64,000 nucleotides of DNA from Raja brachyura (GCA_963514005.1 OY740814.1:13516001-13580000); one strand, 5' to 3'. Shown: positions 39,141 to 51,347, counted from the stretch's first letter. Numbers and translations: made by a program. Notes: generated from the sequence alone by a model not told the origin.

Positions 39141-40207
39141 GTGATCTCACAAGCAAAGATGGTGTCTGCGGTTTCTCGAACCCTCGTTAGATATTAATAG
39201 ATCCTCACGCTGGCATTCCTGCTTTCCCAGTACTTATCTTGGATTTTCCTCTGGCAGTCCCACTTATTCCATTCTCATTCTGCTGTTTCTCAATGCTGCT
39301 CTGGTATTCCAGCAGTACCTCAACCATGATTTCCTCCCTACCCTGGTTGCCTTTCACTTTTTCTGCTTTGAAAGTTTCTATCTGTTTCATTCCTTCACCA
39401 TCTTTTGAGGAAGAGAGTGCCAACGATTCTTGCCCCACGGAGAGAAAACGTTGTGTCTCTGCCTTAAAAGGGCGAGCCTTATTTTATAACAGTGACTCCT
39501 AGTTCTGGATTCTCCCACACGGAATATCATCCTCTTCACACTGACCCTGTCAGATCTCTCAGGATCTTACTGCTTCATTGAGTCATACAATTATATAGAA
39601 CGTCCTTGTCAACCAAGTTGCCTGCATTTGGCCCATATCCCTCCGAACCACGTGCCTGTCCAAATGTCTTTTAAACCTTGTATTTGTACCCTTCACTACC
39701 ACTTCCTAGTAACTCCTTCCACATACCCACCACCCTCTGTTTCAAAAGACTGCCATTCTGGTCCCATTTAAGTCTTTCTCCCTCACCTTAAATCTATGTC
39801 CTTTCATTTTAGACTCCCCTTCCCAGGGAAAAAGACTAACCATTCACCTACTTGTGCCCCTCATGGTTTTATTTACCTCAAAACGGTCACCCCTCAGCTT
39901 CCTTCGCTCCAGGGGAAAGAAACCTCAATCAACTCTCCTCTTGCTGTTCTTAACTCCACTGAATATAAGCATAATCTGCCCAACTTTTCCTTATTCAACC
40001 TGCTCATTTCCAGGAATGCAGCTAGTAAACCTTCTGTGAACTGTTTCTCCTTATGACCAGACATGAGGAAATGCACGGACATGCCGCTGGTAGTTGTCAG
40101 TGGACTACAGCATGGTCTGGGAGATTAAACCTGCGACTTTACGGATCTAGACAGAAACTGACCCTTCACCCAACTTGTCCATGCCAATCAAGATGTCTAT
40201 CTGAGCC

Positions 40208-40691
40208 GAAGGTAGACACAAAATGCTGGAGTAACTCGGCAGGAGAGGCAGCATCTCTGGAGAGAAGGATTGGGTGACGTTTCGGGTCGAGACCCTTCTT
40301 CAGACCCGAAATGTCACCCATTCCTTCTCTCCAGAGCTGCTGCCTATCCCGCTGAGTAACTCCAGCATTTTGTGCCTACCTTTGATTTAAACCAGCATCT
40401 GCTGTTCTTTCCTACTCCCAATTTTCTTCCCTCGTCTAATATCTTACATAAGTTCTATAGAAACAGCATAGAGTTCTGCCTTCAACTGATATAATCCACA
40501 TTGCTGGACAAGTTATTGCAGGACAAGACTCTGGGACTTGTCCTGCAATAAATAACACATAACATCGACAAAAGAGCAAATTGCCACATTATCTTGTTTG
40601 TCTTCATAATATCAGAGATATTCCCTTTGTTTTACCCATCCTGCTCCCACCTTGTCTGCTACTGAAAACTATTGAAATCCAACTTCTTCTT
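40208..40691 (+). mobile_element. Penelope-derived palindrome plus a duplicated copy of intronic 38464-38715, flanked by a 12-bp TSD
   Basis: TSD tctatctgagcc at 40196-40207 and 40692-40703; direct-repeat identity to 38283-38715. Confidence 0.8.
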
Positions 40692-40739
40692 TCTATCTGA
40701 GCCATTTACTTGCCCATATCACTCCAAATCTTTCCTAAG

Positions 40740-42183
40740 CTTTCAATATAGAGTCGATTATTTTCGCACCAAAGGAAGTACAAAAAAAGACTTATAGGGA
40801 CAACCCTATAATTCATAATAATAGGCGTATTTGGAAACAGATAGTTAAGACCCTATATCTGGATAATCTTTCTTTTAGGTTACCAATTAGGAATAACCCA
40901 CTGTTTAAACCCTCAATCTTAGATGCGGGGTTTAGACTGTGGGAGGATTCAGGAATTAAAAGGATAGGACACCTTTATAGAAATGGAAAATTTTTATTAT
41001 TGGAAGAGTTACAAGATATTTTTGGATTACCTTCACAACACCATTTTAGGTATTTACAAATTAGAGATTTTATTAAATGTAACACACAAGACTATAAAAA
41101 AAAAGAACCAGGCTTATTAGATGAGCTGTTTAATTTACATCCAAATACGGATAAGCTTATAGCTTATATATACAATATTATTTTAGATAAAGAGAACCCA
41201 ACAACTGAAACATATCGTCAAGCATGGGAAAATGAAATTGGATTACCTATAACAAAAGAAACTTGGGAAGAATGCTTACAAAGAATAAATTGGTGTTCTT
41301 TGAATGCCAGACATACACTGATACAATTTAAAGTTATATATAGATTACACTACTCGAAAACCAAATTAAAAAGTATTTTTCCTAGTCTCTCCTCTATTTG
41401 TGATAAATGTAAGAATCTTGAAGCAAATTTAATACATAGTTTGGTAACGTGTCCACGGTTGAATTATTATTGGATTGAAATTTTTAAAGTTATTTCGGAA
41501 GTTCTTAAGGTTGAACTCGACCCAGACCCAAAATTAATAATATTCGGAATCCCGGAGCCAAATTTGGTACTCACGGTTAATCAAATTTTTTTGATTACTG
41601 TTTAATAATAGGGAAAAAAATGATACTTAAATTTTGGAAGGGAACATTATCCCCAACAATTAAAATGTGGAAAGCAGAGATGTTGGAGACGTTGAATTTG
41701 GAAAGAATTAGATTTGTCCTTTTGGACAGGTATAATTCTTTTGAATCGATATGGTCTCCATATATACAGTATTTAGAGAAGTAGCTATTCTTGGAATCAC
41801 GGCTCGACGGACACCCTACGGATCCGATGCGAATAACTTACTTATATTTGATATTATTGTGCATTTATTAGAGATATTTCTGAATGAAATAGTATTTCGT
41901 ATAATGATTTTAGTTTTTGTTTATATATATGTAATATTTTTGTTTTTCAAATTTTCCCTTTTTATTTTCTTTTTATTTACGATTGAAGTATGTGGGAAGA
42001 ATCTTTTATTCCTTTTTATTTACTCTTTTTTCTTTTCTCTTTTATATATCTTTTTCTTTATTTCCAAAAAATAGAAGATATTAAGTATTGATATGTTATT
42101 TGTAGTAATATTGAATTAAGGTGTTAGTTTATAAAGTAAGCTTTACATTGTAAACGGTTTACTTCAAATAAAAAAATATTACA
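40740..42183 (+). mobile_element. 5'-truncated L1/Tx1-clade LINE (ORF2 C-terminal Cys-His motif, T-rich 3' UTR)
   Basis: QFKVIYRLHYSK..CDKC......IHSLVTCP.L..YW; AATAAA and A-rich end; 15-bp TSD caaatctttcctaag at 40725-40739 and 42184-42198. Confidence 0.9.
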
Positions 42184-42335
42184 CAAATCTTTCCTAAGAT
42201 TGATTAATTATATATATATCTATATCTATATCTAGATTTGAAGTATCCCACGTTTAGAAGATAACTTATTTTGGTAAAAGTAAAGGTTATACATTCTGTG
42301 ATGAATAATATCTGATTTCCATTTAATAACAACAG

Positions 42336-42358
42336 AATGGCGAAACAATCCTGAGCAG
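42336..42358 (+). CDS. FSD2: FSD2 23-nt micro-exon (NGETILSR)
   Basis: caacag|AATGGCGAAACAATCCTGAGCAG|gtaaca supplies the phase 0 to phase 2 link needed between the flanking exons. Confidence 0.75.
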
Positions 42359-42696
42359 GTAACATTGGAATGGATCGCTGTATGTGTGTCAGTGTAGAAT
42401 GCTGCACTGTTTTTGTGTTAACACTGGAACCAAACCAGAAAATGTTAGAAACATCCTGCAGATGCGGCAGCATTTGTGTAAAGAGAAATAGTTAACATTT
42501 CACGTACGACTCTTCAACCTGAAACAATAACTGTTTCTCTTTCTACTGATGCTGTCGAACCAGATGATTGTTTCTAGCTACGTGTTTGTATTTTTAATGC
42601 AGACTTCATATATCTGCAGATTTTTGCTTTTACTTAACGCCCCATTGTAGTTGGGTTAAAGCATTTAATGGGTCATCATTAACATTGTTTGTGTGA

Positions 42697-43014
42697 TTTA
42701 GTTTAGAGGTACAGCACGGAAACAGACCCTTCGGCCCACCTGGTCCACGCCAACCAGCCATCCCCTCATATTAACACTATTATCAACATTATCCTACACG
42801 TACTAGGGACAATTTTTACGTCTACCAAGCCAATTAACCTACATACCTATACGTCTTTGTGGGAGGAAACCGAAGAATCTCGGAGAAAACCCACACAGGT
42901 CACGGGGAGAACGTGCAAACTCTGTACAGACAAGCACCCGTAGACGAGATCGAACCCGGGTCTCTGGTGCTGCATTCGTTGTAAGGCAGCAACTCTACCG
43001 TTGCACCACTGTGT
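42697..43014 (-). mobile_element. Near full-length tRNA-derived SINE with CR1-derived tail
   Basis: Reverse head cacagtggtgcaacggtagagttgctgcc..gacccgggttcgatc (A/B boxes); tail ggcccttcggccc and taaactaaa. Confidence 0.85.
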
Positions 43015-43488
43015 ATTATTATGTATTAACACTGGAAATGCTCATTGTATGTGTGTGAACAATGAAATGGCCCAGTATGGGAACTGCATTGGTACTTATG
43101 CTCCTAACATTACTGCATCTTTAAAAGCTCGCAGAATTAGAGAAAAATACTAATTCCTATCCTGCCTTTATCTTAAGCAAAAACAAAGATTTGTGTACTG
43201 CTCGAGATTCCATCATCTGCATTTCCTTGTGCATCCCTCTTGCCTTTATTTTGTGCTGCTCGTCCTCCTCACCAAAGCCTGGTGTTCACCAAAGCCTGCG
43301 CTTTAACTTGTCAACAGCAATTTCTCCTCAAAGTAGCCCTTTCCAAAATGCAGGTGACAGTGAGTGGCTAGAACTGTACCAGTCCTTTCACTCGAGGGAG
43401 ACTTCATCTTTAAACCCAACTCATCCCACCTCCTCTGTCCCCAACATATCATGACCCAACATATCACTGCTTCTTCTACAATCCACAG

Positions 43489-43610
43489 GCTGGAGGAGTT
43501 TCTCCAAGAAGGCTTGAACCCAGAACTTCCGACCCCACATGAATTTGAGAGTTTTCCAACAGATATGGTTGAGGTGCAACGGTTAATAGACTCGATCTGC
43601 AGCATCCCAG
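43489..43610 (+). CDS. FSD2: FSD2 exon (LEEFLQ...EFE...VQRLIDSICSIP)
   Basis: ccacag/gtatgt boundaries, 122 nt. Confidence 0.9.
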
Positions 43611-43627
43611 GTATGTGAGCAATGCAT

Positions 43628-43840
43628 ATGTGCACACACACACTTCCTATATGATCACACATACATACTCTTACACATATACACACACCCACTGCTCATG
43701 TGCACACACCTGCCGCTCACACACCTCCCACACACAGACAAGCACCCCTCGTGCACACACGCACACATCCATCCCACACATGCTTACAATGTCCTACAAA
43801 TGCACACCTCCCACAGACACACCCAACTCCCACTGAACAC
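43628..43840. repeat. Degenerate (CA)n-rich low-complexity tract
   Basis: cacacacac motifs immediately after an FSD2 donor. Confidence 0.75.
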
Positions 43841-44689
43841 AAAGTTAGACACAAAGTGCTGGAGTAACTCGGCGCGTAAGGCAGCATCTGTGGAGGCAAA
43901 GGGATGGTTGATGCTTTGGGTCCTACATCAGGACTGAAAGATTAAAGGCGAGGCCACAGCATAAAGAGGTGAGAAGGAGCAGCGAGGCAGTGGTAGACAG
44001 GAGATAGGCGGAAGCAGGCGAGGGGGGAGATGAAGGGCAGATGGTGCCAGGTGGTGGAAGTGGAGGATGGAAACGGATACAGGTGCTGGAAGGTGATGTG
44101 GAAACAAGGCTGCAGATAGTGAATGAAATAAATAAGGAAGCCACTGTCTCCAGGCTCCACCTCCTTTCTCCTCTCTTATGTCTACATTGGAACACATAAT
44201 TAATTAAAACCATTGTTAAACAAAATAATACAAACAAATTAATAAGCTTTCCCTTTGCTCTTGATCCTTTGTCCTAGGATCCCGATTGATCCAGTTAGGT
44301 CTCAGATCCTGCTCCAAGACTGAACAGGTGCAGGCAGGATCCATGAGGTGACTTTCCCATGCGCCACTAGAGAGCCCAATAGTATGGCTCTCATTATTCT
44401 GGTCCACGTGGAATCCAGTGGCCAAGAAAACAAACTGGTTCTGCCGCCCCAGTCTGACAGAATTCCCAGCCTCCACATCTGTGTGAGGCTGGGACTTGGT
44501 GTGAGTTTGACAGGCCAGCAACTTGCATCCCACTATGTTCACTTTGTGAGTAAGGCATTTCATTCTGAGACCTTGTTGAAGTAGGTTTCTCCAGAACAAA
44601 CTCTAGCTAATTTCATGGTGCACTAACGAACCCTCCAAGCTGTGTGAAGTTACAGGCATCAGTTTGGATTGGATATAATTACATATAAT

Positions 44690-44955
44690 TGGATATAACG
44701 AGTACAGGGAGAAAGTGTCTAATTACAGGTTAATGTGTTACAGGGAAAGAGTATCTGATCACAAGTTTATGAGTAACATGGACAATGTACCCATCATCAG
44801 GATAATGGGTTGAAGGGATAGAGTGTATCCATCATCAAGGTAATGAATGGGAAGTTGAGTGTACTCATCACTAATTGTGTGAGTTATATGAAAAGTGTAC
44901 TTACCACCAGGTTAATGGAGCCGAGAGTGTGGTCATAACCAGGTGTGTTACAGGT
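44690..44955. repeat. Degenerate tandem repeat, unit about 36-38 bp
   Basis: Recurring caggttaatgggttacaggga.agagtgtac.catca units. Confidence 0.6.
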
Positions 44956-45069
44956 GCAGTGTCTGAGCTCCAGGGAATCTAACACTGGGTTGATTTGCCA
45001 CAGGAAATGCTGTTGGGTCATTTGATTGTGAAGCTGTGCTCATGACTGACTGGGTATTTCTCTGTGCAG

Positions 45070-45225
45070 TGCCGTCAGCCCCATCAATGTGTCCCCAGTC
45101 TCCTGACACAGCAACCTCCACCTCGGTGAAAGTCCGTTGGAGCCTCTCAGCCGACGATACTGTGGAACATTATCAGTTGTACTACAGAAAATTAGGAGAC
45201 AACACACAAGATGAGAGGGCTGCAG
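45070..45225 (+). CDS. FSD2: FSD2 exon (FN3-1 N-half)
   Basis: gtgcag/gtttgt boundaries, 156 nt; PSAP..PQSP..ATSTSVKVRWSL. Confidence 0.92.
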
Positions 45226-45524
45226 GTTTGTATTGGGGGGAATTAGAGAAATGTGAGTTTTATGAAGGGAACTTTTGACTGCTGACAAATTTTGACAACT
45301 GATTTCTGACTATGCACAGCCCAAGTTTAGAAGAATAATCCTATTCATCCATAAAAGTCTGAAGGGGATTGACAGGGTGAGTTTGGGATGCTGTTCCCTC
45401 CGGCTGCAGAGCGAGAAGCCTGGGACACTGCCTCGGGATAGCAGTAGCCTTGAGAGGAGGAGAGGTTTGGTTGCACAGTGGGATTGGAAATCTCTTCTGG
45501 CGAATGAGTAGATTGTTGAGCCAT

Positions 45525-46230
45525 AGAACTATACAGCATGGACACAACATGTCCTTACTGAGCAACCTGCCATTCTGGGCTAGTCCCATTTGCCTACATT
45601 TGGTCAATGTCCCTCTATATCCTTCCTATTCATATATTTGTCGGAATGTCTTTTGAAAGCTGTACTTGTATCCACTTTTGTAACAACTTCTTTCCATGTA
45701 CAGACCATTCTCTGAGTGAAATGGTTGCCCCTGAGGACCCTCTTAAATCTCTCCCCTCTCACCTTAAGCCTACGCTCTCCTGTTTGAGAGTCCTCTACCC
45801 TGGGAAAAAATGTGAGAGTTTACTTTATTCATTGTCCTCATATCTTTGTATTCTTCAATAATTGTCAGCCTTTACCTTACTATGCTCCAAGTTAAAGATC
45901 CCAACCTATTCAGCCTCTCCCTACAAACTCCCTCTGAGCCCGCAAGTCCTGGGTAAAATGATGGTGAATCTCTTCTGCACCCTTTCCAACGTAATGACAT
46001 CCTTACTATAGCTGGGTGACCAGAACTGCACACAGTACTCCAAGTGTAGACTCACCAATGACTTGTACAGCTTCCTGATGTCCCAACTTTTGTACTCAAT
46101 ACCCCATCTCAATGAAGGCAAGCGTGCCAAACGCCTTTCTCATGACCCAGTCCACCCGAATCACCACTTTCAGGGAAGCAGGCAACACACTTCCAGGCTC
46201 TACCATTTGCTGTGTAAGCCCAGCCTTTGA
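45525..46230 (-). mobile_element. CR1 LINE 3' fragment
   Basis: [28 protein letters not shown]. Confidence 0.85.
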
Positions 46231-46808
46231 TATGACACACCAGAGAGCAGCACTTCATACGTGTTATAAAATGACACTTTTGATGCAAAACAATTGTAGG
46301 CATAGGGTCAGTCACAATCTTAATGAATGCAGAGCAAGCTCAAAGGACTACTCCTTAGCTTGCTCCTAGTCCTATTTCTTGTTCCAGTAATGTGGAGTTC
46401 TCTAGCCTTCTTGCATTCATTGGCCATATTCTGAATGGCCACTCAGGCACAGCTATGTTGACATTGCCACCTTCTGTAGGAGAGAGGTCAGGGGAGAGTG
46501 GGCTTGGGGTTGGAGGAGGGGCTCAGGGACAAAGGTGACGGTTGAGAACAGAATTCACTCTGCAGCTCCAGCTATCCCAAATTCCTCGTGCTCTATCTGG
46601 GACTCAGCAGAATCTCGTCTCCTGTCTATGCATGAAGCCACATATGATATTTCTTGGTATTAATTCTTCGACGGGTTGTTTCATGGAGTATATAGCACAG
46701 ATATGGGCCCAGTCAGCCCACCTCATTTATTGCAAACCCTTCCATGCCAGCATTACAGCACTGTCCTTGATTCAGTTCGGCCCAGCTAACCAAAGTCTGT
46801 TCTCTCAG

Positions 46809-46943
46809 ATGCGTCGCTGAGAGTGAAGGAAATGTTCTGTACCGTGAGGAACCTGCAGACTGGATCCATGTACGAGTTTTGGGTCACAGCCACCAACTCT
46901 GCCGGTACAAGTGACGGCAGTGACCGTGCGGTGTTTACGACAG
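46809..46943 (+). CDS. FSD2: FSD2 exon (FN3-1 C-half)
   Basis: tctcag/gtaacg boundaries, 135 nt. Confidence 0.92.
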
Positions 46944-47634
46944 GTAACGTACTGGACGTGCCTCAGTCTATGATCGGGTGGGCCATCGGTGGGGAGGTTA
47001 CTGACGCGTTCAGTTCATGCCTGTAATCCATTCAGGTTTTGTGCAGGCACCAAAGTGTTCAGAAGAACATAAAGTGGTGCGGAACTGTTGGCACAAAGCC
47101 AGTAGCCCAGTCTGCAGCATTCAATGCACCAGACCAGACACCACACACCGGACTGGACATCACATTAGACACGAGACAACAAGCCAAACACAAAATTAGA
47201 AACCAAAAAATGCACCAGTGTAGACATCAGCAGACTAGATGCAAGACACCAGACTATATCAGACACTGTGCTAGACACCTAACCACGACACATCAGCCAC
47301 AAAACCAGACACCTGTCTACACACTAGCAGATACCAACAGCACCACCATTTGAACCAGGGGATGGTGGAGCTTGCTTGGTTTTGCTGCCATTTGCATTTT
47401 AATAGTGATTGGGGCTGGATGTGATCATTAGGAAACAGGCAGGCTTCCCACTGTCCTGCTGCTCCGGACATATCCAGGCCCAACAGGAAAGGAAGGCCAT
47501 TCTCCCAGGAACCTGGAGAAAGCTGTCCACTTGCCCACCATGGTCACAGGTGTAGATCCATAGCTGACAATGGCTGAGCTGGAAGGTGGGAGCACAGCCT
47601 GACACCAAAACCTCACCTTGCCTCTGTTTCTCAG

Positions 47635-47791
47635 TTCCAGCAGCTCCGAGGATCAGCAGCGGAACGGTGGCGGTGTGCCAGAGTGCAGTGTTCATGGAGT
47701 GGGAGGCCGGGAGCAGCCGACCACCGCAGTCCTACGCCCTGGATTTCTGCCAAGTCTGCTGTGGCTGTGATTGGACAGAATCACTCACGGA
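47635..47791 (+). CDS. FSD2: FSD2 exon (FN3-2 N-half)
   Basis: tctcag/gtaagt boundaries, 157 nt. Confidence 0.88.
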
Positions 47792-49637
47792 GTAAGTGGA
47801 GCCAGGCTGTAAGAGGGACTCTGGGGTGAACACTGCTGTCAGTAAACCCAGGATCTATCCACCTCCCAGCAATAATACGATCTGCTGGAGGAACTCAGCG
47901 AGTCCAGCAGCATCTGAGGGAGGAAGGAATTCTCGTAGTGCATGGACACCAAAGTCCTCTGAACAACATCTTTCAAACTCTCACATTTAGTGTCCTTAGC
48001 ACTTTACTCTTCAGTTGGGCGGAACAGCCTCTCTGACTCACTCTGTCAATCTGCTTTAGTGTTTTATGGATGAACAAGATTATTCTTTGAAACTATAGTT
48101 TTGCTATTAAGTGGGTCCTAATATGTTTCCATATTATATTTCTTCAATAATATTGTACTGTTGCTACATTCACAGTTTTAGGTAGGTTTTCAGTTTCTCT
48201 GCTATTTTCGCAAAATATCTCCTGCCTCAGGGGCACAGAGTAACTTTTGCTCATCTATTGATTGCATGAATAGGAGCTATTTTAGCAACTTTGTAGGCAT
48301 TTTGCTTTGATCACATACCAATTAACTGCTTGACAGCCAAGGTTGGGCCACATCCAGTTTGGAGTATTTTGTATAATCATTTATATACTGTCATAGCTTC
48401 TAAACTGTCATACGTTTTGAACATAGTTCCAATCTACCAATCATCATCTTGCACCTCATGCCTTCACGATTTGCTTTATTCAGACTTCACAGCCTGGTTT
48501 CAACTTGAGCTAAATCATTTTCAGTCTGAAGAAGGGTCTCGACTACGAACCATCACCTATTCCTTCTCCCCAGAGATGCTGCTTGTCCCGTTGATTTACT
48601 CCAGCATTTTGTGTCTATCCTAAATCATTTTTAATCCTGATATAAAATTCTGATCATTGTTCGTAAAGGGCAACTTCACTGCTGGATGTTGATTTTGGCC
48701 TGAACTCAGTGACACTGCGGCCAGTGACAGGTCGGATTCTGAAGTCACTCTCCCCATCATTAAGCGGTTGCTACTCGGGTTTGGACCTGTGACTAATACT
48801 TTGAGGAGCAATACGGAGAAAGTAGCAATAGTATGGACAGTCAACATGGAATTATGAAGGAAAATTGTGATTGACAAATCTGTTGCAATTATTGACATAA
48901 CGAGCAGCATATGCAAGAACAATCTAGTTGATGTGGTGTATTCAGACTTTCAAAATATCTTCAAGGTGCTAGAGAAAGGATTGTGAAACAAAATGAGTGC
49001 CTACTATTGTGGCAATGTATTGACACGGATTGAGGATTGGTTAATTAAGCAATTGGTTAGGAAAGCAGAGTAGGATTAACTGTAACCAGCGAGTTGCCCA
49101 GCGATTGATTGATTGTGCACAATCATTTTAGCAATGATATTACTGATTCGCAGTAAAGTGTGAACATAGAACAGCACAGGAATAGGCCTTCAGCAGACAA
49201 TGGCTGTGCTGACCTTGATGTCAATTTACTCTGCACATCTGCCTGTACCTGGTCCGTATTCCTCCATTCCTTGCCTCTACATACCTCTAAATGCCTCTGA
49301 AACATTGCTGTTGTGCTATCATACATGAGCGAAACCAAGGGATTTATTCTGATCCAAGGTTCAACGGGTTTGACAGGGTAAGTATAGGATTGATAATTAG
49401 GTGGCTTAGAATGGGGTTACGCACTCAGCATCAAGGGGTTAGCCATTCAGGACAGTTTAAACGGTTTTTTCATCCAGAGGGCCATGTGGCTGAATCTCAG
49501 TACATTCAAGGCAGAGATTGAGAGATTTTTGGATGTTAAAGGAAGTGAGTGACTGGGATGTGTGGGGCAGTGATGCTCAGCCCTGTTCTCACTGAATGGT
49601 ACAGCAAGCACGAGGAGCTGAATGGCCTGCTCTTGCT

Positions 49638-50097
49638 TAGAAACATAGAACATAGGTGCAGGAGTAGGCCATTCGGCCATTCAATATGATCATGGCTGAT
49701 CATCCAACTCAGTATCCTATACCTGCCTTCTCTCCACACCCCCTGATCCCTTTAGCCACAAGGGCCACATCTAACTCCCTCTTAAATATAGCCAATGAAC
49801 TGGCCTCAACTACCTTCTGTGGCAAAGAATTCCACAGATTCACCACTCTCTGTGTGAAAATTTTTTTTCTCATCTCAGTCCTAAAAGATTTCCCCCTTAT
49901 CCTTAAACTGTGACCCCTTGTTCTTGACTTCCCCAACATCGGGAACAGTCTTCCTGCATCTAGCCTGTCCAACCCCTAAATAATTTTGTAAGTTTCTATA
50001 AAATCCCCCCTCAATCTTCTAAATTCTAGCGAGTACAAGCCAAGTCTATCCAGTCTTTCTTCATATGAAAGTCCTGCCATCCCAGGAATCAGTCTGG
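49638..50097 (-). mobile_element. Young CR1 LINE 3' fragment, same subfamily as 28078-29040
   Basis: 86-aa C-terminus differs at 8 positions from the 28187 ORF. Confidence 0.92.
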
Positions 50098-50191
50098 CTT
50101 CTTTCTTATGTTATTTGTTGACCCTTTGTAAAACTTTGGGCAATTTTATCTACAGTATTGGTCTTTAATTTTTCCTTTTTTCAAATTCTAG

Positions 50192-50325
50192 ATCTGTGAC
50201 TGGGATAACTTCATGTAAAGCATTAATTGAACTGGAGCCCAGTGAAAACTACATCTTCTACCTCAGAGCAGTAAATGAAGGAGGCAGCAGTGAGAGGAGT
50301 GCAGCCATAACTGTTCGAACAACAG
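50192..50325 (+). CDS. FSD2: FSD2 exon (FN3-2 C-half, SVTGITSC...YIFYLRAVNEGGSSERS)
   Basis: ttctag/gtgagc boundaries, 134 nt; not in the ORF track. Confidence 0.9.
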
Positions 50326-50499
50326 GTGAGCATCTCAAAGCCACTCCTGGAGTCACATCCATAGAATGAACCAGTTCCAGCAATTTAATCGGTGCAAACA
50401 AACAGTCCTGGCCATTCCCATTGTATTTTTGTCATTGTAAACCAAGGTACTGTCAAAACCATGTGGAGACTGGAATCTAAGATAATGTTTCTGCGACAG

Positions 50500-50629
50500 G
50501 TACTCAGCTTTATCTGATGGAGCAGACTGCACACCTCGCACTCTCAATCTTGCAGGACGGACTGACCATAGTTTATAATGAAGAAAGTCAGCTCACAGAC
50601 CCACCCACAATCCATGACAGGTTCACCAG
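50500..50629 (+). CDS. FSD2: FSD2 exon (PRY region, TAHLALSILQDGLT...RFT)
   Basis: cgacag/gtgagt boundaries, 130 nt. Confidence 0.87.
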
Positions 50630-51170
50630 GTGAGTCATGAAGCTAATGGGAACAGTAGATGTTGAAGTGAGAAATTGTAGATGTGAGCGAAGACTGAACT
50701 CCTTCATGGACACTATCCAGGGCAGATGCTTTCCCAGTTTATCGTCGTGAAAGTAGATCTGACCTCTGACATGTATGGAGTCAGCTGGGGACATGCTTGG
50801 AACTTTGTTTATCTGTTCATAATGGACGGTTGGGTAGATAGCTGTTGGGAAGATGGCTGGAAGGGGAGGCTAGTTTGAGGTAGTGTATTGCATTACCATA
50901 TATGAGCAGCCTACTGACCAGTTCGTGGAACAGTCCTGGTAGAGTTGGACACAGACATGGGAATGCCACTTTGTGATGGTGGAACTCACAGGTTCCAAGT
51001 GGATGTGAACATCTGTAGCTGGTCTTTTGGGAATGGAGAAGGTTCCTGCAGTTGGTGTCTTTGACCGATTGTCCTAGAAGGCCACTCCTGATTGCCCTCT
51101 GGGTCCTGTCAGTGGTCACACAGCTGTGGGCAGAAGAGAGTCTGACCAGGCCTCTGCTCTCACCCCCTAG

Positions 51171-51347
51171 TTCTGCCACCGTCATGGCACAGTTGGTGCC
51201 AGTTCGAGGAAGGCATTATTGGGAGGTGGAAGTGGCTGAGGACACAGAGTACAGGGTTGGAATCGCCTGCACGGACACCCCACGGGATGCTCACTTTGGC
51301 TCTAACATCACCTCCTGGTGCATGCGACACATCCTCACCTCATCCAG
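51171..51347 (+). CDS. FSD2: FSD2 exon (SPRY, VRGRHYWEVEV...SWCMRH)
   Basis: ccctag/gtaagt boundaries, 177 nt. Confidence 0.94.

Noticed and set aside
41751-42074. Hydrophobic 107-aa ORF resembling a membrane protein
   Set aside because: Translation of the T-rich L1 3' UTR.
42940-43014. tRNA-like A/B boxes as a tRNA gene
   Set aside because: They form the head of a SINE continuous with the SINE body and CR1 tail.
43318-43365. Alternative FSD2 micro-exon candidates
   Set aside because: Most readings give a stop or the wrong phase; the 17-nt option fits less well than the 23-nt exon at 42336.
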